Shown here: piece after piece, positions 8,857-18,302 of the stretch
Layout: each line of letters begins with the position of its first letter
Position numbering within the stretch: the stretch's first letter is position 1
Source: Candidatus Aenigmatarchaeota archaeon
Lineage (GTDB): Archaea > Aenigmatarchaeota > Aenigmatarchaeia > QMZP01 > QMZT01
Length of the DNA: 64,000 nucleotides
Direction: 5' to 3'
NCBI GenBank assembly: GCA_026397315.1
Contig: JAPLVC010000003.1
Location: 41,258-105,257, forward strand
Translations under genes and position numbers: made by a program
The notes under the pieces: model-generated
Told to the model about the DNA's origin: nothing
Seen by the model: the letters and a program-made list of their open reading frames with translations, nothing else
Database searches by the model: none

Positions 8857-9801
8857 TTATTGCGGCTTATTGTCTTCTTTTGTCCACTTCTTTATTTTCA
8901 GCGTTATCTTGTTGGTCCTGCCCATGCTTTCCACGTCGACGACTTCGCGCTCCTTCAGGTCGGCGATTATTCTCGAAACCTTGGCCTTCGAGAAATCGCT
9001 TTCGCGCACGATGATCTTCTGGTTGACGGTGTCGCCGTGCTTTCTCAGGATGTCGACGATCATCTTCTCGTCCCTCTTGAGCAGAGGCATGACGACTTTC
9101 ACAGAGTCCTGCCTGCGGATCGAGCGCACGTAATACATGCCCAGCGACGCTATTATCACGACCGCTATCACGACCATTATGCCCACGCCGTAAACGCCCA
9201 TCATGTTGGTGGCCGCTGTCCTGTAGGTCGCGGAGAAATATAGGTCATCGCCAGCCTCGACGTTCTCCTTGTCCCAGTAGACCATTATGTGCTTGCCGTC
9301 GCTGAGAGTCTTGCCGTTGCGCGGCGAGAAAGACTCGTTGGACACGTCTGTAGCGAGCGTCGACGACGTCGGCAGGTAAATAACGTTGAAGAACCTTTTC
9401 GCGTTCGCGTCCATCGAGACGAAATTGGAGAACTGGTAATCGTCGTTCTTCTTTTCCACGAGGCCTGTCGCCTCGAAAGTTATCCTGACGTTTGCCTGCA
9501 CGCCCGGCCTGGGGTTTACGAATCTGCACGAAATGAGCGTCGTGTCCGTGACTTTCGTCTGGCAGTCGATTGGAGACTGGTCGGACTCGTAATTGATGTT
9601 TAGTGCCCTGTATTTCATATTGTATTCAAAATTGGTGACGTTCTGGTCCATTGTAAGCGTAACAACATTCGAAACGGTCGTATCGTCCTGAATGCGGCTC
9701 TCTATGCCATAGTATTCAAGGTTTAAAGCATTTACCGGCGCGATGAAACAATTAAGAGCAAGAATGAACAATATCATGCCTGAGATTTTACTGAATTTCA
9801 T
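8857..9801 (-). CDS. Membrane-anchored protein with extracellular domain and C-terminal winged HTH (COG2512-like)
   Basis: Signal peptide, single TM, then QKIIVRESDFSKAKVSRIIADLKEREVV...GRTNKI. Confidence 0.85.
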   Translation of the reverse strand: MKFSKISGMILFILALNCFIAPVNALNLEYYGIESRIQDDTTVSNVVTLTMDQNVTNFEYNMKYRALNINYESDQSPIDCQTKVTDTTLISCRFVNPRPGVQANVRITFEATGLVEKKNDDYQFSNFVSMDANAKRFFNVIYLPTSSTLATDVSNESFSPRNGKTLSDGKHIMVYWDKENVEAGDDLYFSATYRTAATNMMGVYGVGIMVVIAVVIIASLGMYYVRSIRRQDSVKVVMPLLKRDEKMIVDILRKHGDTVNQKIIVRESDFSKAKVSRIIADLKEREVVDVESMGRTNKITLKIKKWTKEDNKPQ

Positions 9802-9870
9802 ATAGAATATATTGGTTCAAATGGGTTTAAAAAAGCAGAAAAATGCCCTGCGATAAAGCCGATGCGTGAC

Positions 9871-10131
9871 TTAAAGGCTTCTCGAAATCTCGACGGTTTC
9901 GGCGTTCTGCACGCCGCTGATTTTCGCAAGCTTCTCTTCCATGGCCGGAAGCGTCCCCTCTGCGTCGGGTATTATTATTGTGAACTTCCACGCCTTGATG
10001 CCGAAGGCAAGCGGCTCCTCTTCGAGGCGCTGCGGCTTGAGCTTCTCCAGCTCGTGCTTAAGTTTCTCGAAATGAATCATGTCATCCGGCGTTATCCTGA
10101 AAACAACGATTACGTCTCCCATTTGAAACAC
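9871..10131 (-). CDS. ef1b: Elongation factor 1-beta
   Basis: MGDVIVVFRITP...EEPLAFGIKA. Confidence 0.95.
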   Translation of the reverse strand: MFQMGDVIVVFRITPDDMIHFEKLKHELEKLKPQRLEEEPLAFGIKAWKFTIIIPDAEGTLPAMEEKLAKISGVQNAETVEISRSL

Positions 10132-10178
10132 CTCACAAGTATAATAAAATCATAAAATCCGAATTCAGGCGCGAGCGT

Positions 10179-10364
10179 TTAAGGGCCCTTGAAACTGCAG
10201 TTCGAGCACTCGTAAACGTTCATGAGGCTCCTGCACTTCTCGCACCTTATTATCTTTGCCTTGCCGCAGCCGGGGCACTCGAATTGGACCCAGTTCTTCT
10301 GGTTCTCTATCCTGACGCCGCAGCTTGAGCATTTCATTGAATCGGCACTGGTTTCGCTTTTCAT
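10179..10364 (-). CDS. Zn-ribbon protein (DUF1610/COG2888), conserved upstream of EF-1beta
   Basis: CSSCG...FECPGCG...IIRCEKCR...YECSNCSFKGP. Confidence 0.92.
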   Translation of the reverse strand: MKSETSADSMKCSSCGVRIENQKNWVQFECPGCGKAKIIRCEKCRSLMNVYECSNCSFKGP

Positions 10365-10464
10365 ATTTTTCCTCTCTGGTCCGGTAACGCTAACCGGTGA
10401 TTTACAATAATTGTAGGGCGATATATTTAAATACAATACAGCATTAATTAGTGTATTAATATGA

Positions 10465-10496
10465 CTGAGCCTTTCGTTATCGAAGGGCGAGGAGGG
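10465..10496 (+). promoter_or_regulatory. Kink-turn in the L7Ae 5' leader overlapping the SD site
   Basis: CT-GA-GCCTTTCG(TTAT)CGAAGGGC-GAG-GA-GG: C-stem, 3-nt bulge and tandem G.A pairs; GGAGG lies inside it. Confidence 0.8.
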
Positions 10497-10502
10497 ATGA
10501 AT

Positions 10503-10874
10503 ATGGCAAAATTCGTTAAAGTCGAAATCTCAAAGGATCTTACGGACAAGATATACGAAGCGATAGAAGCTGCAAGCAGCACGGGCAAGCTGAGAAAAGG
10601 CGTCAATGAAACGACCAAGTGCATAGAGCGCGGCATGGCCAAGATGGTCATACTCGCGACTGATGTCACACCCGAAGAGGTCGTTATGCATCTTCCCGTG
10701 ATTTGCAACGAGAAGAAAGTTCTTTGCGTTGAAGTGCCTTCGAAGCTTGAACTGGGCAAGGCCGCGGGCCTTGAAGTCGGCACCTCGAGCATCGCCATCG
10801 AAGAGGTGGGAGACTCGAAGAAGCTCGTCGACGACATAAAGAGGAAGCTTGAAGGCCACGCTATTCAGGCTTAA
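10503..10874 (+). CDS. rpl7ae: 50S ribosomal protein L7Ae
   Basis: GKLRKGVNETTK...DVTPEEVVMHLP...ELGKAAGL; start 10497 or 10503. Confidence 0.97.
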   Translation: MAKFVKVEISKDLTDKIYEAIEAASSTGKLRKGVNETTKCIERGMAKMVILATDVTPEEVVMHLPVICNEKKVLCVEVPSKLELGKAAGLEVGTSSIAIEEVGDSKKLVDDIKRKLEGHAIQA

Positions 10875-10885
10875 GAGGATGAACC

Positions 10886-11083
10886 ATGGTAGTTACTGCT
10901 GAAATCATTCAGGTATTGGAGAAGCTTGGAGTAAAAGGCGTAACCAAAGTCCGCTGCAAAGTCCTTGAAGGCAGGGATAAAGGCAAGGTTCTGATGCGCA
11001 ACGTCTCCGGCCCGATAAGGAAAGGCGACATCATAATGCTCAAAGACACCGAGATGGACGCCTCAGGCAGGATGTCCGGTTAA
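10886..11083 (+). CDS. rps28e: 30S ribosomal protein eS28
   Basis: [12 protein letters not shown]...[11 protein letters not shown]. Confidence 0.96.
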   Translation: MVVTAEIIQVLEKLGVKGVTKVRCKVLEGRDKGKVLMRNVSGPIRKGDIIMLKDTEMDASGRMSG

Positions 11084-11100
11084 GCCAGGAAAGTGAAAAC

Positions 11101-11271
11101 ATGAAATGCTCGATGTGCAAGACAAACGTGGCGAGAGGAACGGGAAAGATGTACGTCCGAAACGATGGTCGGATTTTTTACTTTTGTGGCTCCAAGTGTC
11201 ATAAGAACTGGAAAATGGGCAGGGCGGAGAAAAACATAAAGTGGGCCAGCCCAGAGAAAGCCAAGAAGTAA
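11101..11271 (+). CDS. rpl24e: 50S ribosomal protein eL24
   Basis: Manual translation MKCSMC...GTGKMYVRNDGRIFYFCGSKC...KW. Confidence 0.95.
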   Translation: MKCSMCKTNVARGTGKMYVRNDGRIFYFCGSKCHKNWKMGRAEKNIKWASPEKAKK

Positions 11272-11317
11272 AATTCCTTACTTTATTTTTCCGTTTTAAT
11301 CGCGTCAGGCGTCAGTC

Positions 11318-11722
11318 TCACTGTTTGTGCTGCTCTTTTTCTTCCTTCTTCTCTGCCTTGCTTTTCCCGGCGGCCACGAACTTCTGCAGCCACGTGACCA
11401 GGACCAGGATGGCCGTTATGCCCAGCCATAAAAGCAAAAAGCCCCAGACATGGAAAGCGAGGGACACGACCAGACCCAAACCAGCGAAAACGAAATTCTG
11501 GAAAATGAACACCTCTTTGCGGTAGCTGATGTTAGTGTCTATGAAAAGTATGATGCCGGCGGCTATCAGCGCGAGGCAGGAGAAGAAAGATACGATGTTA
11601 TCCGTTGCCGTGATAGTTATAATGAGATAAATGAATGCGGATGTGACCAGGCTGCCCGTAAGGAAGCATTTCCAAGCCTGCTTTTTGTCGGCCACGCGGC
11701 CCGGGTTGTACATCATCCTCAT
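11318..11722 (-). CDS. Membrane protein (about 4 TM)
   Basis: Hydrophobic segments. Confidence 0.75.
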   Translation of the reverse strand: MRMMYNPGRVADKKQAWKCFLTGSLVTSAFIYLIITITATDNIVSFFSCLALIAAGIILFIDTNISYRKEVFIFQNFVFAGLGLVVSLAFHVWGFLLLWLGITAILVLVTWLQKFVAAGKSKAEKKEEKEQHKQ

Positions 11723-11793
11723 GTTAAATAATTAAGCGGGGAATTTTAAAAACCAATTTCCCCTTTTGAAACCAGAGTTTTCGCTGACAGCGC

Positions 11794-14214
11794 CTATTCG
11801 AGATAGTCAGTGTCCTCTTTTTTGCTGCCTTTCTTCATCTCCATGCCCCTGCTCCTGAAGCTCTCGATTATCTTCTCGTAGTAGCGGAGCATGTCAGGCG
11901 TTATGGACGGCCTTGAGTTTCTCAGCGCCTCGTCGAAATGCTTTTTGGTCACGAAGTATTCTTCCTTATTATCGGCGGGCTTCTCCGTTTTCGCTTTCTT
12001 CGTCTTTGCATTCGCTGCGCTTGGCGTCGCCGGCTTCTCCTTCGCCATTATCTCCCTTATGGCGTTTATGCCGGCTTCCCTCACTAACGCTTCGAGATCC
12101 GCGCCTGAATAACCGTCGGTCAGTTTCGCGAACTTCTTCAGGTCGACGTCCTTCATCTTCATTTTTTTGGTGTGTATCTTGAGCACCTCGAGCCTCGATT
12201 TCTCGTCAGGCGCTGGAACGAGAACCTGCCTGTCGAAACGGCCAGGCCTCAAAAGCGCGGGGTCGAGTATGTCCGGCCTGTTCGTCGCGCCTATCACGAC
12301 GACGTTGTGCATCTCTTCCACGCCGGACATGTGGGTGAGGATCTGCGACACCACGTTCTCTGCCACGCGCGTGCCCATGTCGAGGCCGCGCCTCGGCACG
12401 AGCGCGTCCATCTCGTCGAAGAAGATGATGCTCGGCGCGACCTGTTTCGCCCTCTTGAATATCTCGCGTATGTGCTTCTCGCTCTCGCCGACCCATTTGC
12501 TCAGCACTTCGGGTCCGCGAACCGATATGAAGTTCGCGCCGCTTTCGGAAGCGACAGCCTTCGCTAGCAGCGTCTTTCCCGTGCCCGGCGGGCCGTAGAG
12601 CAGTATGCCTTTCGGAGGCGAGACTCCGATGTTCGTGAAGACTTCAGGGTTTTTGAGCGGCCACTCGATTATCTCTTTCAGCGACTGCTTCACCCCTTCG
12701 AGGCCTCCGATGTCGTTCCATTTCACATTCGGGATTTCTATCATCACTTCACGCATGCCGGACGGCTCGACCATCTTAAGGCCGTTCTCGAAGTCCTTCT
12801 TGCTGACCTTCAGTTTCTTGAGCACGTCCTGCGGGATTTCCTCTTCCTTCCTCCAGGTTATCTGGGGAAGAATGCGCTTCAGCGCGGACATCGCAGCCTC
12901 TTTAGCGAGCGCTTCCAAATCGGCGCCGACAAAGCCGTATGTCCTGCCTGCAAGGAAGTCCAGGTCGACGTCGGGCTCGAGCGGCATGTTTCTCGTGTGT
13001 ATCTGCAGGATTTCTTTGCGTCCTCTAGCGTCCGGAACGCCTATCTCTATCTCGCGATCGAAGCGCCCGGGCCTCCTGAGGGCAGGGTCGAGTGAGTTGG
13101 GTATGTTGGTTGCGGCAATGACAATAACCTTGCCTCTCGCTTTAAGACCATCCATGAGCGCAAGCAACTGTGACACAGTGCGCTTCTCCACCTCGCCCGT
13201 CACCTCTTCCCTCTTAGGAGCTATGGCGTCAATTTCATCTATGAATACTATCGACGGCGCGTTCTTTTCGGCTTCCTCGAAAAGCTTGCGCAGGTTTTCT
13301 TCCGTTTGTCCGTACCACTTGCTCATTATCTCGGGTCCGGCAATCGAATAGAAATTCGCGCCGCTCTCGTTAGCTACCGCCTTCGCTAGCAGCGTTTTAC
13401 CAGTGCCCGTTGGGCCGTATAACAAAACGCCTTTCGGCGGGTCGATGCCTAAGCGCACGAAAAGCTCCGGATGTCGTAGCGGCAGCTCGACCATCTCCCT
13501 TATCTTGACCAGCGTGTCGTGCAGGCCGCCTATGTCCTCGTAGGTGATCGTAGGCACCCTGCCCGCTGCTTCGAGATCGACTGCTTCTTTGCGCAGCTCT
13601 ATCTGCGTCGTTGGAGCTATCTTGACTATGCCCTCCGGCTGCGTCGCAACTATTGCCAGTCTCGTCTCGCTCTGCATGGGGATGAAAGACGAGAAGTCGC
13701 CTCCCTGGATGTTTATACCCATGCTCCTGAAAATGTCGAAAAAAGGATCCATCCCATTGTCACCGAACGGGCTTCCCTGCCTTTGACGGCCGCGCGAAGC
13801 CGGCGATGGTGATATCACGTCGCCTTTCGTCAGCGGCCTGCCCATAAGGTTCTGCCTGAGCAGGTCAGCGACGCCCTGGGATATTTCCAGCACTTCGTCT
13901 TTCTGCGCGGGCGCGATGACGACTTTCTTCGCCTCTTTGACGTCGGCTTTTGCGATTTTGACCGTTTCTCCCACGCCAACGCCGATGTTCGTCCTGGTTA
14001 TGCCGTCCATGCGGACCAGGCTGAGGCCGATGTCAGCAGGGTAAGCGCGCACGGCGATAGCCCCGGTCTTCTTCTTGCCCTGGAGCTCGATGACGTCGCC
14101 CTCTCGTATGCCGAGCTCGTTCATCATCTTGGACTCCAGCCTTACCATGCTCATGCCCGACTCGCTCCTGTCGGTCAGCTCTCCCACCCTCAGCGATATA
14201 TCTTTCTCTGCCAT
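11794..14214 (-). CDS. cdc48: CDC48/VCP-family AAA+ ATPase
   Basis: N-domain plus two AAA modules ([16 protein letters not shown]; DEID, DEMD; RPGRFDR twice). Confidence 0.98.
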   Translation of the reverse strand: MAEKDISLRVGELTDRSESGMSMVRLESKMMNELGIREGDVIELQGKKKTGAIAVRAYPADIGLSLVRMDGITRTNIGVGVGETVKIAKADVKEAKKVVIAPAQKDEVLEISQGVADLLRQNLMGRPLTKGDVISPSPASRGRQRQGSPFGDNGMDPFFDIFRSMGINIQGGDFSSFIPMQSETRLAIVATQPEGIVKIAPTTQIELRKEAVDLEAAGRVPTITYEDIGGLHDTLVKIREMVELPLRHPELFVRLGIDPPKGVLLYGPTGTGKTLLAKAVANESGANFYSIAGPEIMSKWYGQTEENLRKLFEEAEKNAPSIVFIDEIDAIAPKREEVTGEVEKRTVSQLLALMDGLKARGKVIVIAATNIPNSLDPALRRPGRFDREIEIGVPDARGRKEILQIHTRNMPLEPDVDLDFLAGRTYGFVGADLEALAKEAAMSALKRILPQITWRKEEEIPQDVLKKLKVSKKDFENGLKMVEPSGMREVMIEIPNVKWNDIGGLEGVKQSLKEIIEWPLKNPEVFTNIGVSPPKGILLYGPPGTGKTLLAKAVASESGANFISVRGPEVLSKWVGESEKHIREIFKRAKQVAPSIIFFDEMDALVPRRGLDMGTRVAENVVSQILTHMSGVEEMHNVVVIGATNRPDILDPALLRPGRFDRQVLVPAPDEKSRLEVLKIHTKKMKMKDVDLKKFAKLTDGYSGADLEALVREAGINAIREIMAKEKPATPSAANAKTKKAKTEKPADNKEEYFVTKKHFDEALRNSRPSITPDMLRYYEKIIESFRSRGMEMKKGSKKEDTDYLE

Positions 14215-14219
14215 GAAAA

Positions 14220-14420
14220 TCACCCTCCATAAGGCATTTCCTGAATGCCTTCAAAAACATCATTAAACGCAGTAGACGCGTTAGCTGCAATGATTGTATA
14301 TAACAGCTGGTCAGCGTCCTGCACCGGGAATTCGAATTCGCGTCCCGGCCTCAGCGGGAACGGCCTTTCTGGTCTGTCGCCCGCAGCGGCCTCTAAACCA
14401 AAAATCTCAAACGTTCTCAT
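14220..14420 (-). CDS. Small hypothetical protein in HTH-cdc48 operon
   Basis: GGAGGT SD upstream of ATG 14420. Confidence 0.6.
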   Translation of the reverse strand: MRTFEIFGLEAAAGDRPERPFPLRPGREFEFPVQDADQLLYTIIAANASTAFNDVFEGIQEMPYGG

Positions 14421-14443
14421 AACATTACCTCCGAACAATTGCG

Positions 14444-14671
14444 TCATTCTCTCTTCTCCTTCCTTATCCTGACTATGATCGAATGGCCGGTCCTGATGAT
14501 CTCGATTTCCGGCTCGTTTCTGACCATCTGGATTATCTCGACGTAGCGCCGGACCGTGACGTTATGAATCCCGGTTTTCTCCGATATTGCGTTGAGGCTC
14601 ATCGCCTCGTTCCTTTGCTTTTCAAGGAGCGTCAGTATCTCCCTCATTATTTCCAGCGGGTCTCGTTTCAT
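14444..14671 (-). CDS. Winged-HTH transcription regulator
   Basis: MSLNAISEKTGIHNVTVRRYV HTH pattern. Confidence 0.8.
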   Translation of the reverse strand: MKRDPLEIMREILTLLEKQRNEAMSLNAISEKTGIHNVTVRRYVEIIQMVRNEPEIEIIRTGHSIIVRIRKEKRE

Positions 14672-14748
14672 ATCCGGTCACGTCAATTTCCAGTTCTAAG
14701 TGTTCAGCGTCTCAGTGAATGACTATTATATTTTGATGATGTAGTTTG

Positions 14749-14784
14749 ATACCATAATGTATAAACTTATACATTAACTGGTAT
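14749..14784. promoter_or_regulatory. Inverted-repeat operator candidate at the HTH-cdc48 promoter
   Basis: ATACCA-TAATGTATAA-AC-TTATACATTA-AC-TGGTAT, adjacent to the minus-strand TTTATATA box. Confidence 0.6.
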
Positions 14785-14991
14785 ATAAAGGTTACGCATC
14801 AGTAGTAGATAGAAATAACTAACGTATTGTCGCCAGAATGTCAAGATATTCAATATTGCTAACGAAAAGCTTTCATGACTACTTTAGAAATGAATCATGA
14901 ATCTGCGCTAAAACTTGAAAATTCAACTCAAAAATCACGTGAGAATTAGTCTTTCATCTGAACAAAAAGCAGCTGCCAGAAGGAAAAATCG

Positions 14992-16581
14992 TCATGGACT
15001 ATAGTTTATGAAAGCTTCGTAGAACTTCTTCATAAACATCTTGGCTGTGATGAGCCTGTATTCGACTTGTTCTCCGAACAGATACTGACTCAACATGGCG
15101 TTTGTGATAACCCAAAGATTGTATAATAGCGTTGAAAACATGAAGTAAAAGCAGCGTATCTTGTGATTTTTTGACGTGGTGTTCGGTCGGAACTCATGTT
15201 TTTTGACTCTGTATCCAGTTTCTATGTTCCATCTTTTTCCGTAAAGCCTGAACAGATTGGCGGTATATAACATCAGAGTCGGAAGGTTCGTGATAAAGGC
15301 TACGTCCTTTCCTTCATGATCTCTCTTTACGACCAGCTTCGTTCTGGCTAAATATTTATCGTCGTTGCTTCTCAATTTCATTTCAACGACAGCCGGTGGC
15401 GAACTTCTTTTCATGATTCTTAAAACTCTTTTCGTCTTAACGCCTGGCATCAGATATTTGATTCCCATTTCGTCGAACAGGCTGATGAACTTCGCGGAAT
15501 AGAAACCCCTGTCGACATAGAAATATCTCGCGTCAACCTTGTTTTTCGCGTATTCTATAAGCGTTTTTACGGCTTCCCTTTCGTTAGTGAAAACGCCTAC
15601 GGGCAGAGCCAACAGAGTAAAGTCTCCGTATTTTTCGGCTATCTTGATTGTGACGAACCTGAATCTTTTGCAAGTTCCGAGCTTGTATTCTCCGCCCACG
15701 ACCATCTTATCGGTCTTGTCTCCGTAATACAGCCAATCGTGATAGTCTATCGCCAAGTCCACGGGACCGCTTAACAATCCTCTTGCTTTGGCAATCTTGT
15801 ATATCCTCTCGAAAGCAGCCATGAACATTTCTTTAATCTCTTCAGATTCGAGCTTGGCGAGGTATCCAAGCATGGTTCTCGCATGCGGAACGTTGTCCTT
15901 GAACTCTTTCTCGTCTCTCATGAGCTGGTAGCCTTGATTCGCGAACGTATTGTTGTAAGCGACATAAGCCAGCAGGTCGAGTAAGTTATCTTTGCAATAT
16001 CTCGCCTTGCAGTTCAGGGGAAGCGCAAGCGTAGGGAAAATCTCTTCCCTGAGCAGCCTGATTACTTTGGTTCCTTCCTTGTCTACATGTCTTTTGATAG
16101 TTTTCTCGCACTTCTTGCCAAGATTTTTATCTTCCGCGAAGTCGATGTCGAGCAATTTTCCCTCTTCCTTTGCGATTTCCCTTATCCGTTTCGCCATGAA
16201 GTCGATTATCGATTCGATTTCATCGTCTATTCTTTCGTTCACCATGACGCTGAAGCTTTGCTGACAAGGAAGCGTTCCGTCCTTGTAGCCGAGCAGCTTG
16301 GCTTCTTCCGGTCTTCTTTTCAGATGAGAAATCAGCGAACCGAACGATTTTATGTCTTTTAGCTCTTTGTAAAGAATCGATTTTATTATGGTGAAAGGGT
16401 CATACCTGAGCCTTCGGTCGCCGACCCATGTCTTGTATTTGGTGAGCAGAAGCTTCTCAAGTGAATACAATTCAACCTTAGAGAGAAGAGCCGCTATCGT
16501 GCTTTCTTCTGGTTTAAGCTCCGAAAAAGCTTTTTTAATCTTCAATTCCAAGTCATTACATGTGGTAGGTGTTGTCTGCAT
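14992..16581 (-). CDS. DDE transposase, ISH3 (IS4-like) family, with long N-terminal extension
   Basis: AIDYHDWLYYG, YVDRGFYS, YGKRWNIETGYR motifs. Confidence 0.92.
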   Translation of the reverse strand: MQTTPTTCNDLELKIKKAFSELKPEESTIAALLSKVELYSLEKLLLTKYKTWVGDRRLRYDPFTIIKSILYKELKDIKSFGSLISHLKRRPEEAKLLGYKDGTLPCQQSFSVMVNERIDDEIESIIDFMAKRIREIAKEEGKLLDIDFAEDKNLGKKCEKTIKRHVDKEGTKVIRLLREEIFPTLALPLNCKARYCKDNLLDLLAYVAYNNTFANQGYQLMRDEKEFKDNVPHARTMLGYLAKLESEEIKEMFMAAFERIYKIAKARGLLSGPVDLAIDYHDWLYYGDKTDKMVVGGEYKLGTCKRFRFVTIKIAEKYGDFTLLALPVGVFTNEREAVKTLIEYAKNKVDARYFYVDRGFYSAKFISLFDEMGIKYLMPGVKTKRVLRIMKRSSPPAVVEMKLRSNDDKYLARTKLVVKRDHEGKDVAFITNLPTLMLYTANLFRLYGKRWNIETGYRVKKHEFRPNTTSKNHKIRCFYFMFSTLLYNLWVITNAMLSQYLFGEQVEYRLITAKMFMKKFYEAFINYSP

Positions 16582-16636
16582 GGCTTCACTTCCACCCAAA
16601 GGGTTAGGGGTCCAATCCAGACCCTTTGGATATTGA

Positions 16637-16708
16637 TGCGGCAGGCGGGAATCGAACCCGCATCACCCAGTTGGGAACACCGGTGGGTTGCCGTTACCCC
16701 ACTGCCGC
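16637..16708 (-). tRNA. tRNA-Gly(TCC)-like element with atypical anticodon loop (G32, C37)
   Basis: GCGGCAG/CTGCCGC, GGGT/ACCC, CCGGT-GTTCCCA-ACTGG, GCGGG-TTCGATT-CCCGC, A73; 72 nt. Confidence 0.7.
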
Positions 16709-16863
16709 TTTTTCTTTATAATTCTTCGTCCGATGTACTATTAACTTGGATAGCGTATTTATAAAGGTTATCTATTTTTCGTCCTACAAATTATCAAATA
16801 AACTTATATATAACTTCGTCCTAACTATTATATATAAATACAAAATATTAAGGACGAATTATT

Positions 16864-17130
16864 ATGGAAAAAGAACTGACCGATATTGAACGAAAATTTG
16901 CAGATGAGTTGATCGAAACATTACCATTGGAACCAGAAATAAAGAAAAGTTCAGCAGAAGTGCCAATTATTTATGATGGAAGGCAGTATTCTATTAGGAT
17001 ACCAAAGAAATTTGCAGAGGCACTGAAACTTGATCCAAAAAATGACAGATTTGAGTTTAATATGGAAATTCCACCTTTTAAGGCTAAAGATAATAAACCG
17101 AAATTGATTGGAAAATTGATAAAGGGTTAA
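16864..17130 (+). CDS. AbrB/SpoVT-like DNA-binding protein
   Basis: QYSIRIPKKFAEALKL...DRFEF. Confidence 0.75.
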   Translation: MEKELTDIERKFADELIETLPLEPEIKKSSAEVPIIYDGRQYSIRIPKKFAEALKLDPKNDRFEFNMEIPPFKAKDNKPKLIGKLIKG

Positions 17131-17131
17131 T

Positions 17132-17305
17132 ATGGTAGGTTCAAGACATCTTAATAAAAATGAGCGAATAATTCTCGCACTATTATACAAAGAAAGAAGA
17201 CCTATGAGCATCAGAGAAATATCAAAAAGAACGGGCATAAGCTGGATAACTGTAAAAAAATATCTTAAAACACTTCAAAGCAAAGGTGTGTTGGTGGGTG
17301 GATGA
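17132..17305 (+). CDS. Small winged-HTH protein (57 aa)
   Basis: Manual translation ...ERIILALLYKERRPMSIREISKRTGISWITVKKYLKTLQSKGV. Confidence 0.8.
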   Translation: MVGSRHLNKNERIILALLYKERRPMSIREISKRTGISWITVKKYLKTLQSKGVLVGG

Positions 17306-17424
17306 AAAGAAAAAGGCTTCCGAGAAACAAATGGGAAGTTAACTTTGATAATGTAGGAAGGTTAATTGACACAAGACTTAGGGAACTCGAAAGACAGAGA
17401 AAGAAGAAATTCAAATTCATATAG
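17302..17424 (+). CDS. Small basic protein (40 aa)
   Basis: ATGA-coupled to the HTH gene; fills the gap before the methylase. Confidence 0.5.
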   Translation: MKRKRLPRNKWEVNFDNVGRLIDTRLRELERQRKKKFKFI

Positions 17425-17435
17425 AAGAGATATTT

Positions 17436-18302
17436 ATGGAAAACAAAAAACTAAACATATCGTATTTGAAAACTTGTAATTGTTCGCCTAATCATATCAA
17501 CTGTTTAACTGCTAAAGAATGGGTCAAGGGTCAGGTTGGCATCTGGGAATTCTTTTATGAAAAAAGAGACGTAAGAGACAAGAGCATCCATCCTGCTGTT
17601 TATCCGATTGCTTTGGCATCTCAATGCATCAAACTCTTCACACATAAAGGCGAATTGGTTCTGGATCCGTTTGCTGGCATAGGAACAACACTAATAGCCG
17701 CAAGTGATTTAGAAAGAAATGCGGTAGGTTTCGATTTGAAAAAGGAATATATCGAATTTACAAAGAAGAGATTATCTCAAAAGAAGTTGGAAGAAAAAAC
17801 AAAACAGATACCGATACTTGACGATGCAATAAACATCCCAAAATATTTGAATGAGGAAACAGTGTCTCTTTGTGTAACATCGCCACCATATGCTCACATG
17901 CTTGGCAAGCCTCGCCTTAACAAAAGCATGAGGGGCGACATCAGGAGCAATAATCATTTCAAGGAAGTTCAGCAATATTCCGATAATCCGAGAGATCTCG
18001 GAACCATGACACATGATAAATATGCAGAAGCCTTAACAGAAATCTACAAAGGAATTTTACCATTAATGAAGCCAAGAGCTCACAGTGTAATTAATGTAAA
18101 TGATGTGTGGTGGGAAAACAAGCGCATACCAACACATCTCTATGTCGTTGAAGCTCTTCAAAAAGCAGGTTTTGAACTCAGAAATATTTTAATCTGGGAT
18201 AAGAGAAACCTCGTAAATAAAGTTGGTATCTTCGGATGGCCAAGTAATTACATCAAACTTGGAGCTACTTTTGAATACATTCTGGACTTTTGGAAACCTT
18301 GA
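17436..18302 (+). CDS. Amino (N4-C/N6-A) DNA methyltransferase
   Basis: HPAVYP, DPFAGIGTT (motif I) followed by TSPPY (motif IV). Confidence 0.93.
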   Translation: MENKKLNISYLKTCNCSPNHINCLTAKEWVKGQVGIWEFFYEKRDVRDKSIHPAVYPIALASQCIKLFTHKGELVLDPFAGIGTTLIAASDLERNAVGFDLKKEYIEFTKKRLSQKKLEEKTKQIPILDDAINIPKYLNEETVSLCVTSPPYAHMLGKPRLNKSMRGDIRSNNHFKEVQQYSDNPRDLGTMTHDKYAEALTEIYKGILPLMKPRAHSVINVNDVWWENKRIPTHLYVVEALQKAGFELRNILIWDKRNLVNKVGIFGWPSNYIKLGATFEYILDFWKP

